Source: Pirellulales bacterium (GTDB lineage Bacteria > Planctomycetota > Planctomycetia > Pirellulales > UBA1268). Taken from it: 64,000 nt of DNA. Shown here one piece after another: positions 19,546-29,965 of this stretch. Under the pieces are notes generated by a model. That model did no database searches, was not told the DNA's origin, and worked only from the letters and a program-made list of their open reading frames with translations. Position numbers and translations under genes: made by a program. The stretch covers positions 28,311 to 92,310 of the forward strand of contig JADHSL010000001.1 of NCBI GenBank assembly GCA_016776925.1, read 5' to 3'. Numbering within the stretch: position 1 is the first letter of the stretch; each line of letters starts with the position of its first letter.

Positions 19546-20505
19546 ATGGAAAAGAAGTTTGATTGCCTTGTTTGCGGTACTGCGGTTGTCGATGCAATTG
19601 TGAAACCAGTGCCGCTTGAAGAGCCAATCGGTAAGGGGAAGTTGCTGCATGTTGGTCCACTTGCTGTTACCACAGGAGGTCTCGTCTGTAATGCAGGTAT
19701 AGCCATGCGAAAACTGGGCCTGAAAGTTTCATCGGTAGGGCTCGTGGGTCATGATTTCTGGGGAGAATTTATTTCAAGTGCGTTATCATGTGAAGGTATT
19801 GATACGACCGGATTGAAAAGTCTGGAGGCCATATCGACGAGTAGCACAGCGGTCTTCATTGATGTTTCCGGTGAAAGAACCTTTGCTCATCACGTTGGCA
19901 GTTGTGCCAAGCTGAATTCAGATTTTATTTATGACCATCTCGGCCATTTTTCAAAGAGTCAATATGCTCTGATTGGCTATGTAGGCCTTTTGCCAGGACT
20001 CGAGCCGAATCTTTTCGAGGTTCTTAGGGAAATTCAAAATACGGGTTGTCGTGTAGCAGTTGAGACAGCTGGGGATGGTGGCAGTCTTGAATATGTTGCA
20101 TCTGCCCTGCCGTACATCGACTATTTTGTACCAAGCTTTGATGAGGCGAAAAGTCAAACGGGGATAGAAGACCCGCGGGGCATCCTACAGTTCTACCGCT
20201 CTCTGGGAGCTCGTGGGCTGATTGGTGTAAAAATGGGTTCTGCGGGCACAATTCTAAGTCCATCTCACGGTGAATGTATTCAGGTTCCTTGTGTTGGGGC
20301 GCCGGGGCCAGTCGTTGATACAACAGGTGCTGGTGATTCGTGGCTGGCGGGCTTTTTAGCGGGCATTCTTCGTGGACAAAATGTCTACCAGTCAGCCCTT
20401 TTAGGAGCAGCCACAGCGGCTTGCTGTGTCACGGGGCTTGGTGCAACGGATGGCTTACGAGACTTCGATCAGACACAACATCTGATCGAAGGTATTTTGC
20501 CGTAG
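19546..20505 (+). CDS. PfkB-family carbohydrate kinase
   Basis: 319 aa. Contains the DTTGAGDSWLAGFLAG signature and an N-terminal GG motif (VTTGGLVCNAG). Confidence 0.85.
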   Translation: MEKKFDCLVCGTAVVDAIVKPVPLEEPIGKGKLLHVGPLAVTTGGLVCNAGIAMRKLGLKVSSVGLVGHDFWGEFISSALSCEGIDTTGLKSLEAISTSSTAVFIDVSGERTFAHHVGSCAKLNSDFIYDHLGHFSKSQYALIGYVGLLPGLEPNLFEVLREIQNTGCRVAVETAGDGGSLEYVASALPYIDYFVPSFDEAKSQTGIEDPRGILQFYRSLGARGLIGVKMGSAGTILSPSHGECIQVPCVGAPGPVVDTTGAGDSWLAGFLAGILRGQNVYQSALLGAATAACCVTGLGATDGLRDFDQTQHLIEGILP

Positions 20506-20543
20506 TTACGATTCAGGAGATCGTTTCTTTAATTATCAAGTTC

Positions 20544-21836
20544 TTAAAGCGATACGGAGCTAATGCGGTAAAGATGAGATTTTGTACGAATGAGTAGATC
20601 GTCTCCAAAAACAGCCGGCGACGCCATGCACCCATCGTTAAGTTTGTTTTCTGAAACTATTTCAAAGAATTGAGGATTAGCTTTGAACACGATGCAGGTA
20701 CCGTCCTCATCGCATGCATAAAGCCTTCCCCCGGACTCAATGAGTGAAGCTGAATAGCGTCCGCTATGTCGTTCGCTCCAGCGTACCTTCCCGGTCTCGA
20801 TATCTATACAACTAAAAATACCAGTATCGCTCACCATATAAAGTTGGTCAGCCACAACAGATTGGCTCGGTCGAGTTGGAGCCGATTTTCCAAACTTCCA
20901 AACCACATTTTCATCTGTGATATCCCCTGTTCCATCAGGTCGAACTGCTAGTAAACGATCGCCTTGAGCTGTACAAATAACCACAAGCCCGTGGCTATAA
21001 AGAGGTCGGGCTGCTGCATTGAATCCACCGTGATAAACCGTCCAAAGTTCTTCGCCATTATCTGGGTCATATGCAACAGTTGCGACTGCTGCTGGACTCA
21101 CAAGTTGTGTTCGATTGTTGTGAGTCACAATCGTAGGGGTGCAATATGCTTTCTTAAAGTCGCCATCATCAGATCCATAATGAATAGATCGATCTGTCCG
21201 CCAGATTGTTTTTCCAGTCTTTGCATCGAGAGCGATGACATATTGCTGATCGAATCCATCGAAAGTCAAAAATAGTTTATCCTCAAAAACAATTGGAGAT
21301 GACCCTGGTCCTCGGTGGTGATCACATGGTAGGTCCTGGCGAGTCCATGTGATTACATCCGTCGCTGTGTCAATGCAGGCAGTTCCGGCACTACCGTAAT
21401 GAACGTAGAGACAGCCATCTTCAACAACAGGGGTTGGGCTTGCGTAGCTGTTAAACGGGTGGCAAAACATCGGTTCCTCAATTTCGAAGACCGTAATGTC
21501 TTTACGTATCATTCCCGTTTTTGCATTCACTGCGAGTAGCGAAAGTCGGCGACCGTCTTTAGTAGCGTTGGAAAGCCATATGGTATTTCCTGAAACAACA
21601 GGACTAGACCATGCTTTGCCTGAGACAGGCGTTTTCCAGCGTATGCCCGTTGTTTCATTCCATCCAATGGGCAGGTTTGGCGAATGTGATTTGCCGTCAG
21701 CAGTCGGTCCACGAAACTGATTCCAGGAATACTCTGTCGCTTCGGTTGCGAAAGCTTCTCTGTCAATCGGCTTTTCAGAAAAAGGAAGCACATAAAGCAG
21801 GCTTGCGACAAAGAGCAGGAAAGATTTAGAGTGCAT
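20544..21836 (-). CDS. secreted PQQ-like/BamB-like beta-propeller repeat protein
   Basis: Signal peptide followed by repeated blade motifs (GTIWLSNA, GCLYVHYG, GKTIWRTD, EELWTVYHGG, GKVRWSERH, GRLYACDE). Confidence 0.7.
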   Translation of the reverse strand: MHSKSFLLFVASLLYVLPFSEKPIDREAFATEATEYSWNQFRGPTADGKSHSPNLPIGWNETTGIRWKTPVSGKAWSSPVVSGNTIWLSNATKDGRRLSLLAVNAKTGMIRKDITVFEIEEPMFCHPFNSYASPTPVVEDGCLYVHYGSAGTACIDTATDVITWTRQDLPCDHHRGPGSSPIVFEDKLFLTFDGFDQQYVIALDAKTGKTIWRTDRSIHYGSDDGDFKKAYCTPTIVTHNNRTQLVSPAAVATVAYDPDNGEELWTVYHGGFNAAARPLYSHGLVVICTAQGDRLLAVRPDGTGDITDENVVWKFGKSAPTRPSQSVVADQLYMVSDTGIFSCIDIETGKVRWSERHSGRYSASLIESGGRLYACDEDGTCIVFKANPQFFEIVSENKLNDGCMASPAVFGDDLLIRTKSHLYRISSVSL

Positions 21837-21860
21837 TTTTGAGGTTATTTTGGGCTTAAA

Positions 21861-22880
21861 TTATTGTATTTGTTTTCGACGAGGTAGCTTTCGGCTTGGT
21901 ATCGATTGAGTTGAGATCTCATGGTTCTTACCATCGAATTGATTTTCAAGAAAAAGCCTAATGCGGTCGTCAAGTTCGCTCAGTTGAGGGCGACCATGAC
22001 CACCACCCTCAATTGGGATAAGCCTGCTTGCTACTCCAGCGTTCTGTAGTGAGTCATGGAGTTGAACAGACTGTTCAAAAGGTACAAGTGAGTCCTTCGT
22101 CCCGTGAATTGTCAGGAAAGGCGGATCGTCCTTTGAGACATACGTAATCGGTGACGCCGTTCGAGCAATTTTCTTGTTGTCTTGCACTGGTCCACCAAGC
22201 AGTAGTGATTCTGGTGAGTCAGGATTGTTATGCCAACCACCCATTGAAGTGAAGTCGCTCGGGCCAAAGAAATTGACAACACCTTGGACTCTGCTACTTT
22301 TTTTGCCCCAAATTCCGAGCTCACCCTCAAGATCTGGAACATCCCCAGACGTTCCGAGTACGGCGACGAGATGGCCTCCAGCAGACGATCCAGCCACAAC
22401 AATCTTCTCCGGGTCAGCCGTATATTTCGCAGCATTCGCTCGCAGCCAGCGGATGGCCGCTTTGCAATCATGTATTTGTGCTGGCCAGGTCGCCTCATCA
22501 GTCAATCGATAGCCAATTGATACTCCGATATACTTTCCGGTTCGAACAAGCGGACCTAAAAAACTAAGACCACTGCGGCGACTACCATTTCGCCACCCAC
22601 CACCGTGAATAAAGGCAACAATAGGGAGGGGGGTATCATTCACTCGGTTGTGTGGAAGAAAGAGATCAAGCTGTTGCCGAGGGTTCTCAGTGTCTGCGTA
22701 CGGAATATTTTCAATGATCTCTAGCCGTTGCGATTTGCTTCGAGAGCCGGGGCTTTTATTCTGTTGGCTACGATTTCCTGACTCATCTGGCGATTGTGCA
22801 AGGTCGGTATCTACAAAGACCAGATTGGAAATGCAGAATATGAAAAGGAGAGAAATATTCCGCAGTTGTCGGAAGTTCAT
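21861..22880 (-). CDS. secreted alpha/beta hydrolase (esterase/lipase)
   Basis: Oxyanion motif FIHGGGW, nucleophile elbow GSSAGGH, C-terminal HGTKDSLVP and GGGHG. Confidence 0.8.
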   Translation of the reverse strand: MNFRQLRNISLLFIFCISNLVFVDTDLAQSPDESGNRSQQNKSPGSRSKSQRLEIIENIPYADTENPRQQLDLFLPHNRVNDTPLPIVAFIHGGGWRNGSRRSGLSFLGPLVRTGKYIGVSIGYRLTDEATWPAQIHDCKAAIRWLRANAAKYTADPEKIVVAGSSAGGHLVAVLGTSGDVPDLEGELGIWGKKSSRVQGVVNFFGPSDFTSMGGWHNNPDSPESLLLGGPVQDNKKIARTASPITYVSKDDPPFLTIHGTKDSLVPFEQSVQLHDSLQNAGVASRLIPIEGGGHGRPQLSELDDRIRLFLENQFDGKNHEISTQSIPSRKLPRRKQIQ

Positions 22881-22922
22881 GTGGATGCCTTCTTGAAGAT
22901 CAACGGATGCAGTGGCCTGAAA

Positions 22923-24356
22923 TTAGTCCAATCGTTGTACCTTAAAACTCCGGAATTCAACTGGGTCATTGTGTCCGGCGAGGCCGATAGAGCCTTTCCT
23001 TCGGTCAAGGCCACCCGGGACATGGTCCATTTTACTTCGGTTGAGTGTGTCGAGGTTGACATCCAGAATACATGTTCCATTGAGCGTGACGGTCAACTTT
23101 TGGTCCTGAAGGATGATCTCTTCAAAATTCCATTCACCAGCAGGTCTGAGATAGCCTTGCTTAGCCCCAACACAAAAATAAAGACTGCCGTGATGTTGAT
23201 AATCCTTGAGTCTTGGCTTGCCTGCAGACGTGAGTCTGGTGTTGTACCCGTCATCATCGATGACCTGAATTTCCATGCCGTCATGGGCGCTATGGCCACC
23301 TTCAGGAACTCGTAGTGCGATTCCATTGTTGCCCGCTGTTGGAAGTTTGAACTCGACCCTGACAATCACGTCACCAAAGGAATCCTTTGTGAGTAGGTCC
23401 CCACCCTTACTGGGCTTGCAGACAATGTTGCCCTCACAAACCTCGTAACTGTCGGTAGCTCCCTGCCAGTTTGATAGGTCCTGCCCGTTATTCAGTTCAG
23501 CAAAGTCACTGTCGTTTTGTGATCGGAGGAAGTCATCGGCCTCATCTACAGGGATTTCCCGAATGTAAATGTTGCGCCATCGAATCTCACTTCCATGAGT
23601 CTGTAGCTGGATAGGGCCTCGCGGTGGTACAGGGTCCACAAGAGGGTTGGTTGTTTCACCGCTGTTCTCCTCTTTTTTCTTTTTCCGATGGGCAAAATAG
23701 TTGTCCATGACAGCATTCTGAACAACAACTTTCCCATTGAGCTCAACGGTTACTCGTTCACCAATCATCTTGATGCGGAAGTGATTCCATTCACCAAACG
23801 GACGGTCCATCAATGCAAGGGGGTGTTTCCCTTCATTACGTTTGTTGTTCCAAAGTCCACCAGAACCCTTGTCGGCCCCTAGCTTGAATTTCTTTTCCTC
23901 AGTCGAATCCCATATCTGAACCTGTGGTATGCCGCGAAGATAAATTCCACTGTCGCCGAGAGGCTGCATTTTATAATCCACCAAAAGCTCGAAGTCTCCA
24001 AATTCCTTATCTGTTGTAAGATAAAGCCCTTTCCCGTCATTGATTACTTCGCCATTTTCTACTCGCCAGTGCGCGTTGATGTGATCGTTTGTGTCTTTTC
24101 CTTTTGCATTAAGAAGCCCACCGCTAATAGATTTTTCTTTGTAGTCAGCTTGCTCTTCGGGCGACATGTTTCTGAAATCACTCGGGTCCTGCGTGCCCCA
24201 TCCATACCACCCATTCAAATTCTTACCATTAAATAGAGGAACAAATCCGTCTGGGGTAACATTGTTGTTCTGCATTGCAGTAGCTTTTCGGTGGTCGTTA
24301 GTTATGAACGTTACAGCAAATAGGAGAAGAAGTAAGTTTTTCATTGGTTCTTCCAA
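22923..24356 (-). CDS. secreted protein with two DUF1080 (3-keto-disaccharide hydrolase-like) domains
   Basis: The motif set occurs twice: HWRVENGEV / FGDFELLVDYK / DSGIYLRG / IRWRNIYIREI, and then YEVCEGNIV / FGDVIVRVEFK / NNGIALRV / VEFRSFKVQRL. Confidence 0.75.
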   Translation of the reverse strand: MEEPMKNLLLLLFAVTFITNDHRKATAMQNNNVTPDGFVPLFNGKNLNGWYGWGTQDPSDFRNMSPEEQADYKEKSISGGLLNAKGKDTNDHINAHWRVENGEVINDGKGLYLTTDKEFGDFELLVDYKMQPLGDSGIYLRGIPQVQIWDSTEEKKFKLGADKGSGGLWNNKRNEGKHPLALMDRPFGEWNHFRIKMIGERVTVELNGKVVVQNAVMDNYFAHRKKKKEENSGETTNPLVDPVPPRGPIQLQTHGSEIRWRNIYIREIPVDEADDFLRSQNDSDFAELNNGQDLSNWQGATDSYEVCEGNIVCKPSKGGDLLTKDSFGDVIVRVEFKLPTAGNNGIALRVPEGGHSAHDGMEIQVIDDDGYNTRLTSAGKPRLKDYQHHGSLYFCVGAKQGYLRPAGEWNFEEIILQDQKLTVTLNGTCILDVNLDTLNRSKMDHVPGGLDRRKGSIGLAGHNDPVEFRSFKVQRLD

Positions 24357-24443
24357 TAAAGGTTATTCGTCCATGCGTACTATTACTTGTGAGTAAGCTT
24401 GGGCCGTGAATAATGAGTGGTTCGAAGAGACAGGGTGACGACA

Positions 24444-25859
24444 CTACACCTCGCCAGGTGCCATTTCGAAAAAGTTGACAGCATTTTGGTAACTGACACA
24501 ACGAATCATATTTTTCATCACGCTTAGATCATCGGGGAGAAGTCCCTGCTCGATATCATTTCCTAAAAGGTTGCACAGAAGCCGGCGGAAATATTCATGC
24601 CGTGGATACGAAAGGAAACTTCTTGAGTCTGTCAGCATGCCTACGAAATTTGACAAAAGTCCGATTTGTGAAAGCGTGTTAATTTGCCATCGCATGCCGT
24701 CGAGTTGATCGAGAAACCACCATCCGCTGCCGTACTGTATTTTGCCAGCAATTCCATCACCCTGAAAGTTGCCGCAAGCAGCGGCGATGGCATAGTTGTC
24801 TGAAGGGTTGAGATTATAAAGCACCATCTTTGGAAGTGACTCTCGTTTATCGAGTTCATCCAGATATTCAACGAGTAGCCCTACCTGCTGAAAATCACCG
24901 ATAGAGTCATAGCCTGCATCTGCGCCAAGTTGAAGACGACCGCGACTATTCGTGTTTCGTAGTGCGCCAAGATGAAGCTGCTTGGTCCATTTTCTTTTGG
25001 CGTCAAGTTCACCAAAGTAAACCATCATATAGCCGCGATAGGCCTGAAGTGCTTCGTCTGATATTAGTTCTCCCCGGCGAGCAGCATCATAAACTTTTGC
25101 TGCCTGGTCTCTTGTGCCACCTCTGCCAAAACATTGCTCAAGCCCATGATCTGAGATGCGGCTACCAAGATCATGAAAAAAACTGTGGCGAGAAGCGATT
25201 GCCTCAAGAAACGAGCCAAAATCCTGGCATGGAGTCCCGGTGCTTCGCTCAAGCCGCTGAATCCATGTTTGGAAAACCTCTGAGTCATCGGCTGCGAGCG
25301 CCTTATCGGGACGAAAAGTTGGGTACACACGAGTTCCTAAATCACTCTTTGCGATTTGAGAATGATGAGCAAGGCTGTCACACGGATCATCTGTCGTACC
25401 GATAGCCGCTACACGAAAACGCTTTAGTAATGTCCGGGCAGAAATTTTACTAAGTTGTGTATTGGCTTCGTCCCAGATACGTTGAGCAGATGATGTGTTC
25501 AGAACCTCATTAATGCCAAATACTCGAGACAGCTCAAGGTGGCTCCAGTGCCACAAAGGATTTCGCAAAAGTCTCGGCATTGTTTCTGCGAACGCGAGAA
25601 ACTTCTCGTAGGCCGTTGCATTGCCTGTGATGTACTTTTCTGATACGCCAGCAGCACGTAGGGCTCTCCATTTGTAGTGATCTCCGGCAAGCCAGACATC
25701 AGCTAAGTTCTCCCACTGTTTGTCCTGAGCAATTTCTTGAGGAGGAAGGTGGCAGTGGTAATCGTAAATAGGCTGCTCAGCCGCGACTGTGTAGAGCTCT
25801 TTCGCGGCATCATTTGAGAGAAGAAAGTCAGGGTTTGTTACAGGGTTTTTTTGTCGCAC
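24444..25859 (-). CDS. uxaC: glucuronate (uronate) isomerase
   Basis: 471 aa. Matches E. coli UxaC along its whole length by eye (IYDYHCHLPPQEIA, GDHYKWRA, GSGWWF, MLTDSRSFLSYPRHEYFRR). Confidence 0.92.
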   Translation of the reverse strand: MRQKNPVTNPDFLLSNDAAKELYTVAAEQPIYDYHCHLPPQEIAQDKQWENLADVWLAGDHYKWRALRAAGVSEKYITGNATAYEKFLAFAETMPRLLRNPLWHWSHLELSRVFGINEVLNTSSAQRIWDEANTQLSKISARTLLKRFRVAAIGTTDDPCDSLAHHSQIAKSDLGTRVYPTFRPDKALAADDSEVFQTWIQRLERSTGTPCQDFGSFLEAIASRHSFFHDLGSRISDHGLEQCFGRGGTRDQAAKVYDAARRGELISDEALQAYRGYMMVYFGELDAKRKWTKQLHLGALRNTNSRGRLQLGADAGYDSIGDFQQVGLLVEYLDELDKRESLPKMVLYNLNPSDNYAIAAACGNFQGDGIAGKIQYGSGWWFLDQLDGMRWQINTLSQIGLLSNFVGMLTDSRSFLSYPRHEYFRRLLCNLLGNDIEQGLLPDDLSVMKNMIRCVSYQNAVNFFEMAPGEV

Positions 25860-25887
25860 AGGTCACACTGGTAATGATATGGAAATA

Positions 25888-27432
25888 TTATGTTCGATCG
25901 TTCCGTCCGACCGGCCGGTTCTGAGTTCCCTTTGCATTCTGAAGACTGTCACCAAGCGTCTTTCGGTAACGGGCCGCTATATCAGTAAGTTTCTTGACAA
26001 TCTCAGGGTGATCGGAGGCTATGTTTTTTGATTCACCAATATCAGTACCCAGGTCGTAGAGTGACAGTGGTAGTTCACGAACGACATAACCATGGCGACT
26101 AGCAATGCCTTCAATACCACTGTTACTAATGGACTGCGGTGCGAGCCTGCCAAAACCAGCTGGCTTTCCATCCGTCCTTGTTTCTCCATTCACAACGAGG
26201 TATTTGTGAGGAAAATGGATCTTCCATTGCCCGTCTCGAACAGCCTGCAGTTCACTTCCGGCGTAAAATACGAGGCCATCTCGACCTTCAACCGTATTGG
26301 TTTTGCCTTCAAGGACGTCAGCGATATTTATGCCATCAATTGTATTACGAGGCAGTGGAGCTTTCGCCAGATGGCAGAATGTTGGAAGAAAGTCGATTGA
26401 AATAATCGGAGTGCTGCAGGTATGTCCTGCTGGTATCTGTCCCGGCCAGCGAGCGACCATTGGTACTCGAACACCACCCTCAAACGTCGTTAGTTTGCCA
26501 CCACGTAGAGCACCCGACTGACCAGCATGCGTTCCATAGCTAAGGAATGGGCCATTGTCGTTAGTGAAAATTACTAATGTATTTTCCGTAAGACTGAGTC
26601 TATCGATTGTTTTTACGATCTCTCCTACTGACCAGTCAATTTCTTCAATGACGTCGCCGTACAGGCCCCGTGCAGATTTTCCTCGGAAACGGTCTGAGGC
26701 AAAAATTGGTACATGAGGCATGATGTGAGGAACGTAAAGGAAGAATGGCTCGTCTTTGTGGTTTTCAATAAATTGGACAGCTCGATTCGTGAGCCTCTTA
26801 GTAAAAAGTCGCTGGTCCGGATCGGTCTCAATAACAGAGTCGCCATCGTACAGAGGAAGTGGTGGCATCGAATCTGCCAGAACTGGATGATATTTTGTGT
26901 TGTCGTTGGAGTATGGGATACCAAGCCATTCCTGAAAACCATTTTTTGAAGGTGCAAAAAATGGAGGGAGTCCAAGATGCCACTTCCCGAACATTCCTGT
27001 TGCGTATCCTGCTTTTTCGAGAAGTTCTGGAAGTAATTCTTCTTCAGGTGCAATGCCGGTCGTGCTCGTGTGATTGAGCGCGCCTTCAAGCCCGACACGG
27101 TTGGCGTAGCATCCAGTCATGAGGGCCGCACGAGAGGCTGTGCAGACTGCTTGCGCGACATAGAAGTCATTAAACTTTGTGCCTTCAGTAACAAGTTGTT
27201 CAATGTTTGGTGTCCGAATCTTTGACTGAGGTGTGAAATTGGGAAGGTCGCCCCATCCCATGTCATCAGTAAAGATGAGAACGATATTTGGATGAGCGAC
27301 TTCTGCGGCAGAGATGAAATTCGGGGTAGCGATAGCGACTATGAGCACTGCCATGCTCAGCGTAAAAGGGCTCATTTTCATTCGGTTGCTCTTCTCGGTT
27401 CGGAGACGAAAATAAAGTTTGTGAAAAAGCAT
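25888..27432 (-). CDS. sulfatase (formylglycine-dependent arylsulfatase family)
   Basis: Contains IFTDDMGWGD and CTASRAALMTG (the C-x-x-S-R formylglycine motif). The likely true start is the ATG at 27381 (MKMSPFTL..., signal peptide). Confidence 0.9.
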   Translation of the reverse strand: MLFHKLYFRLRTEKSNRMKMSPFTLSMAVLIVAIATPNFISAAEVAHPNIVLIFTDDMGWGDLPNFTPQSKIRTPNIEQLVTEGTKFNDFYVAQAVCTASRAALMTGCYANRVGLEGALNHTSTTGIAPEEELLPELLEKAGYATGMFGKWHLGLPPFFAPSKNGFQEWLGIPYSNDNTKYHPVLADSMPPLPLYDGDSVIETDPDQRLFTKRLTNRAVQFIENHKDEPFFLYVPHIMPHVPIFASDRFRGKSARGLYGDVIEEIDWSVGEIVKTIDRLSLTENTLVIFTNDNGPFLSYGTHAGQSGALRGGKLTTFEGGVRVPMVARWPGQIPAGHTCSTPIISIDFLPTFCHLAKAPLPRNTIDGINIADVLEGKTNTVEGRDGLVFYAGSELQAVRDGQWKIHFPHKYLVVNGETRTDGKPAGFGRLAPQSISNSGIEGIASRHGYVVRELPLSLYDLGTDIGESKNIASDHPEIVKKLTDIAARYRKTLGDSLQNAKGTQNRPVGRNDRT

Positions 27433-27615
27433 GGTAGTCTTTCAGTGGTCTGTCTATATGAGATGAAGATCCCGGGCTCCCGCTTGTGTTCTAACGTATC
27501 TGGTTCATGGCTTCGAGGGGTGACACGAAAAGAGGCTGGTGAGCTTCAGTTTTTTGAGAAGGTGTTTTCGTTGTCTGCTACTCAGGCAGTTGTCAGTTGG
27601 AACAAAAAAATGTGT

Positions 27616-29796
27616 CTATGCATTCCGCGGAGTATAGGTGACCTCAAAAATAATTGATGAGGCCACGGTGTTGCCAAAGTTTGGTTGGTCTGCGGCAATA
27701 CCCCCAAACATGTATCCAAGTACAGTCTCCGTGGTTAAAGAGTCGAGGTCGATGATGCCATCAGTTAGTACAGGAGCATCATGGGCTGGGAAGAAGCGGG
27801 CATTGGCACCAAAATAAAGAAGTTTTCCATTGCCATCATAAACATTTGGGAAATCGGTTATGTATTGTTGCCGATATGTACCAGATGCATCCCGCAACGC
27901 CGCTGTTATTTGCCTGTGAAAGCCATTGTTCTCGTCGTACGTGAGTTGCTCCGTAACTGAGTCGAATGTATTTGCTGAAATACCACCGAGAAGGACTTGA
28001 GTCATCTCTCCAGAGTTCTGGGAGTAAAGTCCGATTTTGCCAGATTCATACTGGTTCATAGCCTGCCTAAACACGTCGGGCTCAGTTGTCGGGTTTTCGG
28101 TTGTTGGGATACCGTCTGATCCGATTTCAACCGGCACAGTCCACACCCCTACGCCGTTGTAGAAAACACCAGCCAATGCAACAGTACTCTTCGTAGTGCC
28201 ACCCTGATCGTTGGGTGAAAGAATTGGGAACACATTCAAATCACGGCGACGAAACCGGCTTGGGTCTCCACCTGAAGGAGCAATATCAACGTTACTATAA
28301 GAAAGAGTTCCATTAGTGAAGTCATAATCAATATCAAAACTGCGAACCTGGGAGGTATAGACTTGGAAAGTCGTTGATCCGTGTGCGTACGGACCTTCAA
28401 ACTTCTGTCCAAAAACCAGTTGATAGCGATTTCCTATTTTTTCCAAGCCTCCGCCAGTCACCTGAAAAAACCCACCATCATACGAGCCGTCAGGAGACTC
28501 TTCTCCAGCAACCTGTACGATGGTATTTGTGTGGAGCGTTTCATCTGTCCCTTTGACCCAATCTACAAGTGTTGGTAGATCGATAGCTGAAAGCGCATTG
28601 TAGGTTGTGAAGTTATTAATCGCACGAGAGTAAACGTATCCACCCACGACATATAGCGTGTTTCCATCCTGGTAAGACTCGGTGTTGGTTGATGACAAAC
28701 TGTCGATTTCACTCGAAGTAAGACCGCTGCTGGTATCGTCCAGTGAGCGACTCCATGTCTCCTTCGATACTGGGTCAATAACCCACACGTCGGTGTTTTG
28801 GTACCTCGGTGGAAAATTGGCTAACCCGTCATCAGAGAAACCATGGAGTCCATTGGTGCGACCAGCAATGAGCACCCACTGGCCGTTGTAAATGCCACCG
28901 GCAAACGATTGAAGTGTTGGGACCGATACTGTTCCCATGTCATATTCAGCAAAAGTAAGGTCGTAGTCACCAGACCAATTCGTTACCTGACTAAAAGTAG
29001 GTGTCTGGTCCTTCGAGGGTGCTGCTGAAATGCTTGAAGTTGGTCCCGTTACATGCGCATCTGTATCTGTTGCCCAGACCCAGAATGTGTATGGGACACC
29101 GGTTTCCAGGTCTGAAACGTTTTTACTAGTGGATGTTGTTATGAATGTCGTGTTCGTTGATCCATTGTCAATTGTCACTGTGTAATTCAACGAGCCAACA
29201 AATGATGCTGGTGGGTCCCAGCTAACCGTCAATGAATTTGCGTCTTCTGATTGGCCAAATCTCAGATTTTGAACCTCGGAGGGCGCTTCGATGGATGGTG
29301 GAGTTATTGGGTTTCCATCATCCCATCCAACAACATCAAACGCCTTGTCGAAGTCCAGTGGGCTTGTTGACTGCGAAGGCGTCCACTGGATGCGGTCGCC
29401 TTGCTGGATCAGACGGAGTTGAAGTAACTTGAGAAGTTCCATCGGATTCGATGTGGTTGGAACTGCTGAGACGTTTACCCAGCGTTCTGTTGCTGGTAGC
29501 CATTTTTCTACAACACCGTTTGCGACAGATGTAATAACAAAGCTATTAGTTTCGTCTCCAATAATCTCAGACTTGTTCATTATTATCGGTGCCGGACCGA
29601 TTAGCGAATTTAAATAGACAGAATCTGTTTGTTCTAACGGCGGGCGGGAAACAGTGCCTGTATCTGCAGCAAGTGCGAGACGGTTTTCAAGAAGTTCAAG
29701 GCTGCCGAGTCTCTGCTGAGCAGGTGCTTGAAGAAGAGCAGTAGGCCTCACTGTATTACTAAAAAAAAACTTTTTATTTCCAAAAAAACGCTTCAT
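27616..29796 (-). CDS. large secreted protein with an FN3-like segment and Kelch/beta-propeller-like repeats
   Basis: I place the start at the ATG at 29796 (MKRFFGNKKFFFSN...). N-terminal LELLENRLALAAD motif, FN3-like LTVSWDPP...YTFWVWA, and repeats such as YVVGGY and FQVTGGG. Confidence 0.55.
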   Translation of the reverse strand: MKRFFGNKKFFFSNTVRPTALLQAPAQQRLGSLELLENRLALAADTGTVSRPPLEQTDSVYLNSLIGPAPIIMNKSEIIGDETNSFVITSVANGVVEKWLPATERWVNVSAVPTTSNPMELLKLLQLRLIQQGDRIQWTPSQSTSPLDFDKAFDVVGWDDGNPITPPSIEAPSEVQNLRFGQSEDANSLTVSWDPPASFVGSLNYTVTIDNGSTNTTFITTSTSKNVSDLETGVPYTFWVWATDTDAHVTGPTSSISAAPSKDQTPTFSQVTNWSGDYDLTFAEYDMGTVSVPTLQSFAGGIYNGQWVLIAGRTNGLHGFSDDGLANFPPRYQNTDVWVIDPVSKETWSRSLDDTSSGLTSSEIDSLSSTNTESYQDGNTLYVVGGYVYSRAINNFTTYNALSAIDLPTLVDWVKGTDETLHTNTIVQVAGEESPDGSYDGGFFQVTGGGLEKIGNRYQLVFGQKFEGPYAHGSTTFQVYTSQVRSFDIDYDFTNGTLSYSNVDIAPSGGDPSRFRRRDLNVFPILSPNDQGGTTKSTVALAGVFYNGVGVWTVPVEIGSDGIPTTENPTTEPDVFRQAMNQYESGKIGLYSQNSGEMTQVLLGGISANTFDSVTEQLTYDENNGFHRQITAALRDASGTYRQQYITDFPNVYDGNGKLLYFGANARFFPAHDAPVLTDGIIDLDSLTTETVLGYMFGGIAADQPNFGNTVASSIIFEVTYTPRNA

Positions 29797-29948
29797 GCAG
29801 AGGCCCCTTCGACGACACGTCCCCATATCCCACAATGATTAAGACTAATTCAAGCAGTCACAGAAGGCAAAGAACCGGCCGTTGAGCATGAAATAGAACC
29901 GGATGGTCAAGAAGGACTTCGGCCAAAAGCATATTCAGCGTTGCCGCT

Positions 29949-29965
29949 ACCTCTTAGATGCTAAA
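29949..29965 (+). repeat. left copy of the 17-nt core ACCTCTTAGATGCTAAA
   Basis: Exact match to 34694-34710. Embedded in the hairpin TACCTCT(29948-54)/AGAGGTA(29971-77). Confidence 0.9.

Noticed and set aside
22794-23315. A 173-aa plus-strand ORF spanning the esterase/DUF1080 gene junction
   Set aside because: It is antisense to two well-supported genes and has no recognisable motifs. Long antisense ORFs are expected by chance.
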